Assembly: GCA_040285855.1 (NCBI GenBank)
Contig: JAUFOQ010000001.1
Location: 2,480,001 to 2,544,000, forward strand
Direction of reading: 5' to 3'
From: Eukaryota sp. GEM-RC1
Lineage: Eukaryota
Length of the DNA: 64,000 nt
Shown here: positions 26,036-39,008 of the stretch, one piece after another
How positions within the stretch are numbered: position 1 is the stretch's first letter
How the letters are laid out: every line of letters starts with the position of its first letter
Program-made: the position numbers and the translations under genes
The notes under the pieces: model-generated
The model's database searches: none
The model's input: only the letters and a program-made list of their open reading frames with translations
Told to the model about the DNA's origin: nothing

Positions 26036-27298
26036 CCATAGTGCTCCGAACTTCAGTACAACAAATCTCAAATGTAATTCATATTCCGAACAATATTTAC
26101 TTGTAGTTGTACTGTATTTTAGCACAATTATTACCAATAATTGAGACTTTGATTAGAACTTCTACACATAAAAAGCACGGTTTATATATTTTCTAGTCAT
26201 CAGTCAGAGTTCTGTCATAAGATGTTGTTCTTCACACCTTCGTGTAGTGTTCGATAAAGGTCTACATACGAGAATTGCCGTTTGAGGCAATTCTCCACTG
26301 TTTATCGTTCTTCATCACGCTGCTCATTCAGTTTTTGCAAAACTTTAGTTCTAGAAATCATCTCTTCCATGGGTTTTTAAGTTTACCACTCTTTTGTTGT
26401 TTCCCATTTTGGATAAGTTCACACTTCTTTTCCTTTCATAGATTTAACCAAATATGCTTCAATTTTGTGACAACGCTAAAATTATCAGGTCATACCAAGT
26501 CTGTTGCGTTCTATAGGAGACATACCGGCATTGATAGCATACAAATTTTCCCTCTTTGCTGCTGGTGTAAAAACAAATTAAAAACAAAAGTTAAAGTTGG
26601 ACCCACACTAATTTATTTTTAAATAATGATAAATAGAAGTGCAACAATTAGAATTAGTGAACCCATACTAATTACACTGTTTACTGTAGATGTTTTGGTT
26701 TTTCCAAATAATTCATATTCTCTAAATTCAGTCTCAGTCAATTATTCGAAAAAAACTACGACATTTTCCAACTTTGAAGGTCTCATACAGGTATAGAAAG
26801 ACTCTTTATATCTCCTTTACAAAGAGAGCGGCAAACACATTTAGTGTGCCTATCTCAATCTTTGAAAGGAGGAGATAAAAGGAAGCTTTGACAAAAGACC
26901 CTAATAAGGAGAGAGCCTATAGAAATTGAAAGAAAAGATGACTCATATACGCAACTCCCTACACAAGAATCACAATTCTTAAAACACGGGATATGGCTAT
27001 TCAATTCGAAAGACGACCCATAGAGAAGACTCAGCAACTAAAGACTAAGTAAAAAGTAGGGTACTGCAGAGAATAGAGACACTAGTAATGAAGATGGCTG
27101 AACAGAAGGTGTGTTAGACTTTTGTGGCGAGATGAAACACTAGAGGAATAGAACAGAATCCGCGAGTCATTGTCTACGACTGTTAGAGTATCAACTTAGG
27201 TATGATGAGGTTCGGTGAGTTATATGCGGTTCATGATCAGAAGAACAGCTTTCTTACTTCCCTTACTTTCCATCGTAACTCTCTCTTTCTTCTTCAAG

Positions 27299-28918
27299 AT
27301 GGACAGTAGTCTGTCTTCCAGCAGTCTCTCTAGACATAGATTACGTCTGCAAGAACTTACTTCACCCCACAGTCTATTTGTCAAACGACGTCATCAACCT
27401 GATTTAACCTGCTCTTCTCCCCTAGTACCTCCGCCGTCTACCTTTCGCACAACTTCTAGTCTTCAATCCTTCAATGACTACCCTTTCTCTTCTTCCTATC
27501 GTCATCCATCGGAGTATGAACTCAAACAAAAGGAAGAGGCTCTCGTTGAGAAAGAAAAACGTCTAGACAAGCTAAAGTTAGATGTGATATCCCTATCTGA
27601 AGAGTTTTCCTCAATGAAGAAGGACTTTGGCAAAAGAAGCTCAAATATCACAAAGGGAACGTGATGTTGGCTATCAGTTCCAATTGATTGCTGATCAACG
27701 GAAGGCTCTGGAAGCGAAACAAATGCAAATGAAACGAGATGTTGTGGAGTTGGATTCTACACGGAAATATTTGGAAAATTTAAAAAATGAACTGGAAGGA
27801 CAGAAATCTTTCCTACATCAGTCAAGTGTGGAAAATTCTCAAAATTTCAAAAGTCGTGAACAGAAATTCCATCATGATTTACAACGTTATGAAGAAGAAC
27901 GAAGGAATTTCGATCATTTCGTAGCTGAACAATCAAAAAGATTGCCGATCAAGAAGAGCTCCTCAATCAACGACATTCCGAACTTCAATCACGTGAAATT
28001 GCCCTTAATAACACCATAGAAGAACAAGAAAAGCTCTCGCATTACTTAGATGAAAAAGAAGCTCTACTAGAAGGCCTTATAAATCAAAACAAAATGAACT
28101 ATCCAAAAGAAACAGAAGTTCAAGTCTCAATTCTATCAGATGAAGATATCAAAGCTAGGGAATCTGTACTAGAAGAAAGGTATCAACAGTTACTGAAGCA
28201 CGAGGAGATGATTAATGAGGAGCTTGACACGATGGTTGGAGAAGTGGCGAGGATAAAGGAGAGTTTTGCAGAGAAGGAGGTGGTAGTTGATAATTTAAAA
28301 AGTGATTTGGAATTGAAAATTGTTTCATTTCAACAGGTTTCGTCTGAAATTATTCGGTTATTTGATTATTGTTTGGAAGATTTCAAATCTGAGCCTGATG
28401 TTGTTAAACTTCTGACTTCCCTAGAAGTAAATGAACTTCCGAATGTTCACCTTGTCAGGAAAGCAGTTGACAAAGTCTGTAAAGGAGAGATTCAAGGGGA
28501 AAAGAAGAAGGTGACGTTTAAAGATGCTGAGCCTTGGATAACGTCACAATCACTTTCAAAATTACAAGAAGTTTTAGAATATCTGCGAAAGGAATATTTT
28601 TCGATTGAAGCAGAATTAGATGATTTGTCAAACAAAAGTCTACAGCACTCATCGACACTCCGATTGAGGGAGTTGAAAACCCAATTAACTAATTGTAATC
28701 TGCCGTCGTTACCTAATACTGACTCTGAAGTTGATAGGTTTTTCTCTCTAGTGACTGAGTGTAGGGTCAATTTGAAAAATTTAAAATTCAAGATTGATCT
28801 GTTTCAGGATGATTTGAATGAGTCAGTTGATGAGAATCTGTTTAACTTAAGCTCGCCAGAGAATTCAAATTCAGCAAACTTTTCAAAAATTAGTCGATTT
28901 GGCTTTTGTGACGAATAA
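27299..28918 (+). CDS. Uncharacterised coiled-coil protein, one gene split by two homopolymer indels (~27626, ~27936)
   Basis: Ser-rich N-terminus followed by continuous E/K/Q-rich heptads across ORFs 27215-27664, 27627-28019 and 28094-28918. Confidence 0.75.
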
Positions 28919-29147
28919 TTAATAAATTGTATAATATCTAGATTTAGATCATTTTCGACTGTTCATTTGTACATGTACAATGGAAAAACAACAATTTGTT
29001 TGATGTGACTTTTGCTTTGTTTGCTGCTCAATCTACAATGTATATGCTTTGATTTAGTAAACTCAAAAGTTTTTCCTTTAGTTTTGAAATTAATCAACTT
29101 ACTGAAATATGACGCTGTTTCGGCTACGTTTTTGCTTCCGAAGTCAT

Positions 29148-29370
29148 GCCGAAGTCAATATAAGCAGATGGGGTTTACAACTTATAGTTGTCACTATACC
29201 TCTCACCTTAATTAATATCACTGACATTAATTAATTCAGAATGTTTCCAAATGATTTCACTAGATTTCCTTGCATCAAATCTGTTCTCGATGAGCAACTT
29301 AAATAGAAAACATCAGTAAGTAATTAAAGTATTCTTTATTGTGTACACTAAATTGTTGGAACTCGGGGCA
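29148..29370. repeat. About 220-bp upstream region of BTB-SPRY copy 2; inverted copy at ~39853-40075
   Basis: GTCACTATACCTCTCACCTTAATTAATATCACTGAC...GATGAGCAACTTAAATAGAAAACATCAGTAAGTAATTAAAGTATTC matches the reverse complement. Confidence 0.9.
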
Positions 29371-29450
29371 GAGGTATGATGTCACTGCTTTGTTGTTTTT
29401 TGAGTTGAGTTTAGCTGAACCGTTTCTTCTCTTCTTTTGCATTGATTGTG

Positions 29451-30959
29451 ATGTCGTTTTCCCTTCCCCCAACCGAAACTCTTTCTATTATCCTTGATGA
29501 ACCGTCCCTATGCAACCAAACCATTACATTTGGAGAAGAGTCTATTGAAGTACACAGAATCATCCTTGCTGCTCATTCTACCTACTTCCGCTCTCTTTGG
29601 TTCTTGGAGTTTGGTGATAGAGATGAAAACCCAATAGACTTCTCCCATCTCCCTGTGGATTCCCACAACTTTCTTGCCTTCATCAAGTCCTTCTTCGGAC
29701 AATCTTTCACCCTGGATGAAAACAATGCTTACGACTTCTACTACCTTGCCCACTACTTCCAAGTGGACAAACTGATCGTACAAGTGGAAAACCACCTCAA
29801 CACTCATCTCGTAACCTGGGCTTGGTTAAAACCATTCATTAAAGAAGCAAATGAAAGAAATGACTTGAGAGCTCTGGAATTCGTTGGTCCTTTCTTTTCT
29901 AAGATTGATGACCTTGTGATTGATGACGTGATGGCAATCACTACTGAAGGGTTACAAACACTTTCAAAATACTGTACTTCCACTCAATCTCAATCGTGGT
30001 TTATCAAGTCAATGGTGGATTCAATCTTGAATCAAAGTTTTGATTTGAATGAATTTTTAAATGTTTTAAATTCTTGCTCAATTGAAGCCTTTTCTTTTCA
30101 ACAATGGGATGAGTTTCTGTTTGTTCCTTTAAAAGATGTTGAAGAATTGGAAGCCGATTTGATGAAGTTTTTGTTTACAAGAGTTAAGAATCTTTATTTT
30201 GACTCTTTGGTGAAGGAAAATTCTGATTTAAAAGAAGAAAATTCTGAATTAACTAGCAAATGTTCGAATTTAGAAGGCAACAATTCTGACTTAAACACAC
30301 TTACCACTGATTTAACAACGGAAAATCATGATTTGAAGAGAGAAAACTCTAGTTTAAAAACTGATATTCAGAATTTAACTACTACAAAGTCTAACGAAAT
30401 TGCTAAACTAAAACAAGAAATTGAACAGCTTAAAAAGACAACTACAGAAACTCAAGTGGTGTCTCCATCAGTTCCTCAATCAAAAGTGATTAGATTCTCC
30501 CCAACTAAGAAACATTCTCAGTTACAAGTTAGTGGGGATAGAAAGAGAGTTATTTTTGGAAGTGGTGTTGGGACTAGAAATATCTTGGGAGAAGATCCAC
30601 TTCTTCCAGGTAATGAGTATACTTGGAAGTTGAGGTACCAGGGGACTACTAATAATGTTATTGTTGGAGTCATTGACGAGTCAAAGTTTAGTGAAGGTCA
30701 TTGTTATCAGAATGCTCACTGTTTCCACAATATTGGTAGTGTTTGGGGTTGTCTCTCAGGAAACAAAACTCAGTGGAATCCTGGTGAATTACTCGAAATC
30801 AGTGTAAATCTCATTAATCACACTTTAACAATCAAATCCGTGAGTAATTCTTCAATTAATCTTACTGGAACTCTTCCCAGATTAAGTAGTGGTAATTATT
30901 ATCCGTATGCTTATATGTATTACAGTAAACACGTAGTTGAAATCGTTGAATATACCTGA
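29451..30959 (+). CDS. BTB/POZ-coiled-coil-SPRY/B30.2-like protein, copy 2
   Basis: Near-identical BTB region to copy 1, shorter coiled coil, SPRY-like domain with different loop sequences. Confidence 0.88.
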   Translation: MSFSLPPTETLSIILDEPSLCNQTITFGEESIEVHRIILAAHSTYFRSLWFLEFGDRDENPIDFSHLPVDSHNFLAFIKSFFGQSFTLDENNAYDFYYLAHYFQVDKLIVQVENHLNTHLVTWAWLKPFIKEANERNDLRALEFVGPFFSKIDDLVIDDVMAITTEGLQTLSKYCTSTQSQSWFIKSMVDSILNQSFDLNEFLNVLNSCSIEAFSFQQWDEFLFVPLKDVEELEADLMKFLFTRVKNLYFDSLVKENSDLKEENSELTSKCSNLEGNNSDLNTLTTDLTTENHDLKRENSSLKTDIQNLTTTKSNEIAKLKQEIEQLKKTTTETQVVSPSVPQSKVIRFSPTKKHSQLQVSGDRKRVIFGSGVGTRNILGEDPLLPGNEYTWKLRYQGTTNNVIVGVIDESKFSEGHCYQNAHCFHNIGSVWGCLSGNKTQWNPGELLEISVNLINHTLTIKSVSNSSINLTGTLPRLSSGNYYPYAYMYYSKHVVEIVEYT

Positions 30960-31576
30960 TAACGTTTATGTAAGTTTCCCAATTTGAAGTAGTGATTCAA
31001 ATCTATGGATGATGACACTAATATAGAAGACTTATACTTCTGAAAATCGACATCAGTACAACTGTTGATGAGCTTGCTTTTAATAAAGTGTTAGATCAAA
31101 AACTATTATTGTTTAGTTTAACATGACAGAAGTTCATGAAGTATCACGTGATTAGAACTTTTGCTTCAATATACGTAATTTAGCTTTTTGGTAATGTATG
31201 CATTGTTTTAAACAGCTTTAAAGAACATTAAAAACTAAAACTCAGCTAAACTCCTTGTATCTGTGCAATAGTACATAAGATATGAACTTTTAAATTTGTA
31301 TTATTTCCAAGTGAACTTAAATTATGACAAAAACTCAAAATGGTACAAATAAAATCCAAAAAGCGTCTAGTATCATTGAAAACAAAAGAAACAACCAAAA
31401 TAGATTGAAGAAGTGATGACGTATCACGTGCAAGACTAAAATTATTCCAATATATACATAAAGATCTTTCTAGATTCAAATTATTCCAATTCTGATTCAA
31501 ATGTTACAGCATAGACTCTAAAAAACCAATCCTAATATTATTCCAAACAATACATAAAAATTTTTATAAATTCAAA

Positions 31577-33709
31577 TTATTCCAATTCTGATTCAGGTCT
31601 TACAGCATAGACTCTAACTAACCAATGTGAAGAAGTATAAACTTCATCCAAATAATCAAAAGAAATATCCTTATTTCCAATCTCCACGTTTCTAACACGA
31701 TCAAAACCAGCAGGTCGTTGATAATCAAGCTGAACTTCTCCAAATCTATAATAAACTGTCTTATACAACAACGAATTCAACATCGCTGGTGGTGCTTCCT
31801 TATCTACTCTATACTCTCCTCTTTCAGTTAGATAGTCTGACTCCTTAATGTCACCAAACTCTCCACCTCCAATACGTACCATCCACAAGAACTTGTTAAC
31901 GTCATCAGAAGCGAATCCAGAAAGACCACCAAAGAGAACTAGGATATAGTCAACATCGAGCTCTCTGAGAGTTTTAATAGCTTGGTCCTCAGGTAAAGCA
32001 AAGGCTCGACCAACAGTAGCAATATGAGAGGTATTCCAGGTATTGTTGTCTACCAATACTGTTCTATTAGCCATACCACTAATTTGATATCCATAATCCC
32101 ACCAAGACATAATCCTGGCATCTTCAGGTGTATTGTTGTTCAACCAAGCATAAGCTTCTCTGAAATCATCAAAGATAACTCTAGATCCATCCCCACCTCT
32201 AGCTGCTAGGACAACTGAAGGAGAGGAGTAAGCAGAGGAGGTAACCCATACACAATGACGGATGTAGAAAGCCAGAAGGATAGTGATGACAGCAATTGCA
32301 GTGTATGAGACTTCAGTTGGAATAGTTTTGATTCCAATCTGAGGTTTGACAACCTTTTAGGTTTTTTAGAATCTTTTGATGAAACAGGAGGACTGACACG
32401 TGCCTTTTTCTTTTTCTTGAGTTTTCTTGACCATCTTGTCGTTGATTGCAGCGAAATGAGGCTGAATTACTGATGAAATACCAATTCCACTCAATATACA
32501 CATGACTGGAGAAAGAATCAACATTAACCGAACCATTACTCCAGTGAAATACACAGAAGTAACAAAATAGAGTACAACAAACAGAGCTTCAGGAGTCAAC
32601 TCCTTCTTAAACAAACAATAAACTCCAAAAGGAGCAAAGATTGTCAGTAAATGAAGATCAAAGAAGAAAGAACCCCAAGTAGTCGGCTGATGCTCAGAAA
32701 CTGAAGCAATGATTGGGATATGGTTCTTAGCATAGGTAGGATCTAGAAGAGCATAGAAACGACCAGTCCACGGGGCTAGGTATCCAGTTAAGGAAGCTGC
32801 AACTAAGGAAACAAAGAGAGTGACGAGAGCGACTAGACCAAGGGTCCTGAGGACTCTCTTGAACTGATCTTCGGTGAGGAGAGACTTGACGAAGGAGTAG
32901 AGACCACGGAGTTGGAGAGCGACGAAGGCAAGGAAGGCAAGGAGATGCTCGGAGGATCGGACGGGGAGGAAGCCAATGAACCTGATCTGCATGGAAAGGA
33001 GCATACCTAGAATGTAGAAGGTGGTGAAGGCAACGTAGAGTCGGTGTGAGTAGAAGTTGAAGAAAAGTAGGACAAAGACGTGGATTGCGACTAGATTGGA
33101 GATGTAGGTGTAAGCACCCCAAGCGGCGCACATGTAGAAGTAGCCGAGGGCAGCTGATGAGGCCCAGAGGAGGGAACCAGACTTAACAGCTCGGATCCAG
33201 AGGTAGAAGGCGAAGAGAAGGGCGAAGATCGAGATACATTCGTTATCGTACGATCCGGCTACCGATCTAGAGATGTAACCAGGGACGACGGCGATGAAAG
33301 TAGCAGCGAATAGACCTGCTTTGGTGTCCTTCGATACTTCTTTTGTCAAGTGATAAGTGACAATGACAGTGAAAGCAGCGAAGAGAGGAGCCAAAAAGAC
33401 AGCGACGTGACGGACTTCAACAAAAATGTGAAGGAAGTGAAGGATCTTGTAGAGAATGGCAGTAGTCCACATCAAACCGGGGTAGACTGTACCACCAACG
33501 TTTCTTCCTAAGGGATACCAGACCTTGTCATCGAACCAGTTGTGAAACTCATAGAAGCCTTTCTCAACGAGTTGAAGAGAGGATCGATAAGAGAACCAAG
33601 GATCGTATTCATGAATGATAACTTCAAATCGAATGACTGCAAACAACCGAACGCTGAAGGCGATCGCTGCTATCAGGAAGATGATCAGAGATGGTCTTAT
33701 CTTTACCAT
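31577..33709 (-). CDS. STT3: Oligosaccharyltransferase catalytic subunit STT3
   Basis: [53 protein letters not shown]. Both ORF halves are in the same frame, separated by two TAA codons in a Lys-rich loop (~32357-32368). Confidence 0.95.
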
Positions 33710-34427
33710 TTCTTAGTGATACAAAAAGTGAAAAGTATTCCTCTAGATGTGGGTCTGTCCATGATTTCGATCACATCAAACTCTAAGTCCAAATCAAAGA
33801 ATTAGTAACACATTCGTATCATCAGAAAACGTTTAAAGTACAGTGACTTTAAATAGCGTTTGTTATTGTAATCTTACGTGCTTTGATCACGAGTTGTGGC
33901 AGATTCGATAGTGTTTGATTTTTTTCCAGTTATTCCGCTTATTCTCACCAAAGCCTTTCAAGCAGTGACAAATAAGTAAAATTTTGGCAAGATTTGACTT
34001 AGCTACGGATGTTTTAATCACATCACATACTAGTGCTGGCAGGGACTATCAATAATATACTGCAATGTGTTACAGGGTCAAATACATTTGCAATACAATA
34101 TTGCAATAACTGGAAGCAATATAAGTATTGTAGAGGTCATTATTTATGGCATTAATTCACGTGTAGTTAATAACTCACATGTTCATCTGAGTAGGACAGC
34201 TTCTGATTAACCATTTTGCGAATCAATAGACTGTCTACAACATGTGAAATCAGAAGTTCAAATAGACTGAGCTCAAGATCAAATCGGACAAACATATCTC
34301 TCATTTGTGTACAACGGTGGTTTAATTTCAGTAGCAAGCATTTCCAAATATTTACACCTATTTATACTATATTGTTAATTTCTTAGAGGTCTGAACAGAA
34401 GATAGATGAACGTAAAGTATTGATCAA

Positions 34428-34700
34428 ATGTGCAATACACTGTTTGACAGTGCCTACATACTGGTAGCATTTTTTGTAAGTATTTTAGATAACATGTTAT
34501 ACTGTAGATTTTCAAAATTTGTATTTGTTCCATTTGCTATTTCTATTCTTGGTAGTATTGGTGAAATGGCTTCTCAGTTTCTAACTGATTTTTTGATTTT
34601 GGATATTTGTAAGTCTCAGAATAAGAGATTTAACTTATCAATTTGGCATAACCGTTTGATTTTTTCATTGTTCATGTGTGTTGTAAATCAATTATCACAA
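34428..34700 (+). mobile_element. RLE-endonuclease C-terminal remnant of a non-LTR retrotransposon
   Basis: FVFVPFAISILGSIGEMASQFLTDF...FNLSIWHNRLIFSLF matches the F-x-P-F-x-x-S-x-x-G-x-x-G tail of RLE ORFs. Confidence 0.65.
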
Positions 34701-35190
34701 AGTTGTATAAGAACTGTGGTACTGTTGACCAGGAATTTTCTATGTTTAGTGTTCCATATCTTTCATTTTGATATGCATTTTAGTGCCGTTCATCGATAAA
34801 CTGGTTTCTGCTGTTTGTAATAATAATATTTAAACATTCCTGAGATCTAAGGAAACTTACCTTGTCAATATTAAAGCAGTCGAAGAAACATCAAACTTGT
34901 GTATTTTCCACTACTGTATTGAGATATCAATGAGAGAAACTTCATTTTTATCACCTTTGAATACAACCTTCTAAAAAAACCTCAACATCACGTCCTCGTT
35001 GACTGACGGAAGTTCTTACCAGATTCACTGTTTCTACAAAAAGTCTCCTCAAACAACTGAGAAATAACTGGTAAAAGTGAATTGGAATAAGATTAAAACA
35101 ATAGTCAATGCATGTAGGTATAATCAACGAAATTGGTACCAAAATACACAAAAGTATAGACAAAAAGACTAGAAACCAAGACACAATGAC

Positions 35191-35825
35191 TCAAAACGTG
35201 GTGACAATTAAGGCTGAGGATTCGTCATCTTCTAAATCTGATTGATCCCCTTCTAAGACTTTGTGATGTTTGTGGAACAGTATCACAAAGACGACACTTA
35301 CCAGGGCTCCAGCGAGATATAGCCAAGGATTCTCATCTGGAAACCAACCAAAAATTATAGAAAGTACGGAATAAAATAAGAGTAAGATCGGGATCGTAAT
35401 ATTAGGAATCCTCCAAACCAATTCTTCTTCAAAAGGAAAGGTACAATCGTAGTAGAAGATGGATCCTGCAACTACTGAGTGGAATCCTAATCCAGTTGTT
35501 TGTTGAGCAAAAGAACAGCAGAGCCAGCGAGTACTGTTCCAAAGACAACAATGCAGTACTTTAGAGGGGTAAGAAGTCGCTCCACCCATATACCGTACAA
35601 AACAAAGACCAGCGTGTTTATAAGGAAATCGATCCAATCCACATGAACAAATGCGTAAGTAACGAAGATCCACCAGCGTACAGGCAACTGTTTGTAATCA
35701 AAAACGAGGAACTGAATATTCTCTGGTTTTGATAGTTTGGTTATGGCAAACAGGATGACACAGATCGTGAAGAAGACCGTAGTCAAGTAATTCTGTTTCG
35801 GCAGCTTTTGGATGCTAGAGAGCAT
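35191..35825 (-). CDS. Rhomboid-superfamily membrane protein, probably a pseudoprotease (Derlin/TMEM115-like); one homopolymer frameshift at ~35510
   Basis: WWIFVTYAFVH...FLINTLVF..YG.WVER; GFHSVVAG lacks a clear GxS; YLAGALVS has no catalytic His; multiple TM helices. Confidence 0.7.
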
Positions 35826-36379
35826 GCTAGGACAGATTGATGAAGTCTGTTTGAATGAATCCAGACTGGAGAAGACAGATGAACTATATATTTAGTTGAT
35901 TTAGCATTTTGATTAGCCAGCCCTTTTCCGGTACACAAATTTCACGACCTTAGATCTTAGTTCTTGGATGGACAAAATTAGCCTTCCTTGGTGGTAGGGA
36001 TTTTGTTGTCCCTATCCGTAAATAACATATCTTCTTGAAAATGATGTTAATTTCTATCTCAATCATCTTCATTGTGAATCAGGATGATTGAGGCATGTTA
36101 GTTAGTTTCTCACTGTATGGTTCAAAATAACCATAATTAAGCGATTCAATTTTAGGTAAGTTGTTCGGTGATGGACAGAAGGATCATAGTTTAGATATTT
36201 TAGTTAGTGTCTGTTAGTTATTAACTTTTGCAAATGCGTTTATTTCACTGACTGATCGTAAACCCCGTTTTTTTAATTAAGCGATTGAAAAAGTGACAGT
36301 TTATGTGCTGAAACACCCACCCAACATGAAACTAAGCATAAATACAGACTATGTGATCTATCGAACTACCCAAATTTGA

Positions 36380-36900
36380 ATAGTAGTTCACCAAACAACC
36401 TGGCCAAAATGGAATCAACAAATTTGTACACAAAGATTCTAGAACGTTTCATGATGTTCCCCTAATTTGTTCCAAAAATAAGTGAGGACAAAAATGTGAA
36501 ATAAATACAAAAAACCCACATAAAACAAAAATCAAACAACATAGTTCATGAATAACTTACTTCAAGTCAATTTCGAGAAAATCCCATTCCACGGGACCAC
36601 TGATAGGTCGTTTAAACGTAACTGACCGTTTACTTCTTATGGTTGTTTTGAAAGCGCTGTCGTGAATCAAGGCAAAAGTTCTGCCAAATGACCTAGATAA
36701 CATGGAATAAAAATACAATTGTTTTCGTGTGTCCAGAATGAATTAATAAAGCACAATTGATTGGCTCTGTATGCAATCAAATAGGAAATTTTTGATCAAA
36801 ACTTTTCTGGTTTCATGTCCTCAAGAACATCTTTAGAGGCATACAAATGTTTCCACGGGCTTTACCAACAGTGGCTGCAAGACATTCACCCACAGGTATT
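36380..36900 (-). mobile_element. Decayed RLE non-LTR retrotransposon fragment
   Basis: Minus strand shows a degraded Cys/His knuckle and an R..DL.V.PWNG...EID-like segment. 36390-36425 matches the 13370-13400 tail. Confidence 0.4.
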
Positions 36901-37656
36901 CTTCAATTTAACGATCAAGTTATTGGACATCATTTTACATCAATAAAACATCTAACCAACTTCATAGATTTTGAATAATACAATATAAACGTTCCCCTAT
37001 TGTTGAATCAAAACTGCAGAATACAAATCACACTGTTTTCGATCATGTTTTAGACTTTTGGACTTTATCCATTCTTCGATCAGTAAATGAAGATAAGAGC
37101 AGTTTAAAGGAGGTTTTGAGAGCTGCATAGCTCCTATGAAGTTACCAAAATGTATTAAGCTGTATCGCAGGAGAAAATACCGACATTGGCCCATTTTGCT
37201 AAAAATCCAACTCTTACTACTAGTGTACAGTACTGGTGTGTAGAGAGTTCATTCTTAAAGCTTATTAATACTTTCACTTGGATCTAAGAAGTGAAAGGGA
37301 TTGGGAAATCTTCTGTATCATGTCAAAACTGACCATTTGGATGACAATCAAAGTTTTGAATCTTCAGAACCTCACGCAAATATTGTTCAGTATGATTTCC
37401 AAAAGAAAATACGATTGTTGTGGTGTAAGAAATAAATCTGATTTTGACTATGGTATCCACCCCAAACGAACGAACTGTATGATATCAGTTCTTGTTTTGT
37501 ACACGCCTAAAACCAAAAGTGCATTTATGGTGAAATAAGATTTTATTTTGCAATTATTTACAGAAAATACTATTCTTCCCGTAAAATACGGAAATTATTT
37601 ACGAAGTTGTCTGAACACGATTCCGGATTTAGGACTTTATACTTTGACGATCACTG

Positions 37657-37805
37657 GTAGAGATTGGAAATAAGGATATTCTTTTGACTGTTTGAATGAA
37701 GTTTATGCTTCTTCGCATTGGTTAGTTAGAGTCTATGCTGTAAGCTATGAATCAAAATTGGATTATTATGAATTTATAAAGACCCGTATATATTGATTGG
37801 AATAG
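37657..37805 (+). pseudogene. STT3 3'-end fragment (inverted duplicate)
   Basis: GAGATTGGAAATAAGGATATT...CATTGGTTAGTTAGAGTCTATGCTGTAAG is the reverse complement of ~31545-31686 with indels. Confidence 0.9.
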
Positions 37806-37974
37806 CGCGGAGTCACATCAACAATTGATCAATATATTTTGACAATATTGGTCAATATGTTGATGGCATTAGTAGTACAGCTCTTTAAAATAGACCTATT
37901 TATCAAAGGCTTTGTGATGGAAGCAGATGAATAATCGCAAACCATTGATGGTGGTAATGTCGAAGTTGTCTTTG

Positions 37975-38375
37975 TTTTGTTGTAGTAAAATTCTGAATAT
38001 CAGTTGTTAAACCAGAATTGTTTGTTTCTAAATCAGAAATTGTTATCAGAAATTGTTGTCTTCAAATGATGAATGTGAGTTGTTAAATCAGTATTAAGCG
38101 TGTTTAAGTCAGTAGTGTTGTTTTCTAAATCCGAGTATTTGGTAGTTAATTCAGAATTCTGTAAGTTCAATTCAGAATTTTCTTCTTTTAAATCAGAAAC
38201 TTCCCTCACCAAAGAGTCAAAATAAAGATTCTTAACTCTTGTAAACAAAAACTTCATCAAACCGGCTTCCAATTCTTCAATATCTTTTAAAGGAACAAAT
38301 AGAAACTCATCCCATTGTTAAAAAGAAGAAAACTTTCTTTTACATTTAAAAACTCATTCAAATCAAAACTTTGAA
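37975..38375 (-). pseudogene. BTB-SPRY family fragment, copy 4 (linker and coiled coil only)
   Basis: LMKFLFTRVKNLYFDSLVREVSDLKEENSEL is nearly identical to copies 1 and 2; truncated at both ends. Confidence 0.9.
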
Positions 38376-38829
38376 CCTCTATTGTTCTAATTTTCTAATT
38401 CTTTCATTCGTGATAGGAGTCGTGGTGATTTAATTGGTCCATGGTTAAATTGTGAAGAAGTTGTTTTGGATTTCGCCACTGTGGATCTATGCCATGACAC
38501 TGTTAGTAGTTAAATATTGGATGATCAATTTTCACCTTTGAATAATGCTGAAGACATGAAATGTCTTCGTTATTGTGACTATATTTCTAAATTGAATTTC
38601 ACAAAGGCATAATGCTTTGGTGTTTCAACCATTCGGTATTTCAATTTATGGGAATTTGGGTTCTGCAGCTCAAACGTTGTTGTCATGTTTTAATTTAATC
38701 AAATTGTGTTGCGAATTCGGCAAGACGTTTAGTGTAAGTTTTTGGAGGGATCGTAGTGTTTTTTCTAAATTTCGTTCAATGTTTCAGTAATTCCATAGAA
38801 TTTTGAAGAAACTCTTTGGGGTTCAAGAC

Positions 38830-39008
38830 CAGGGCCTGGAAAAATTGAATTGATTGACAATGTCAATGATTGGTATTTAACCAATGCCAATTCCAATGTT
38901 TTAAATTGAGACCAATCAATGTTTCAGTGTTTGAACATTATACCAATCAATGCTTCATACCAATGTATTCAAAAAATTGTATTGGTAATTCAATTTTTCC
39001 AGGCCCTG
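38830..39008. mobile_element. 179-bp MITE
   Basis: TIR CAGGGCCTGGAAAAATTGAATT...AATTCAATTTTTCCAGGCCCTG flanked by the direct repeat GTTCAAGAC (38821-38829 and 39009-39017). Confidence 0.92.

Noticed and set aside
32357..32368. Alternative genetic code (TAA/TAG = Gln)
   Set aside because: Conserved genes end at TAA (STT3, eIF2B-alpha, peroxiredoxin), TAG (RtcB) and TGA (CSN2) at their expected C-termini, and long ORFs contain no in-frame TAR codons.
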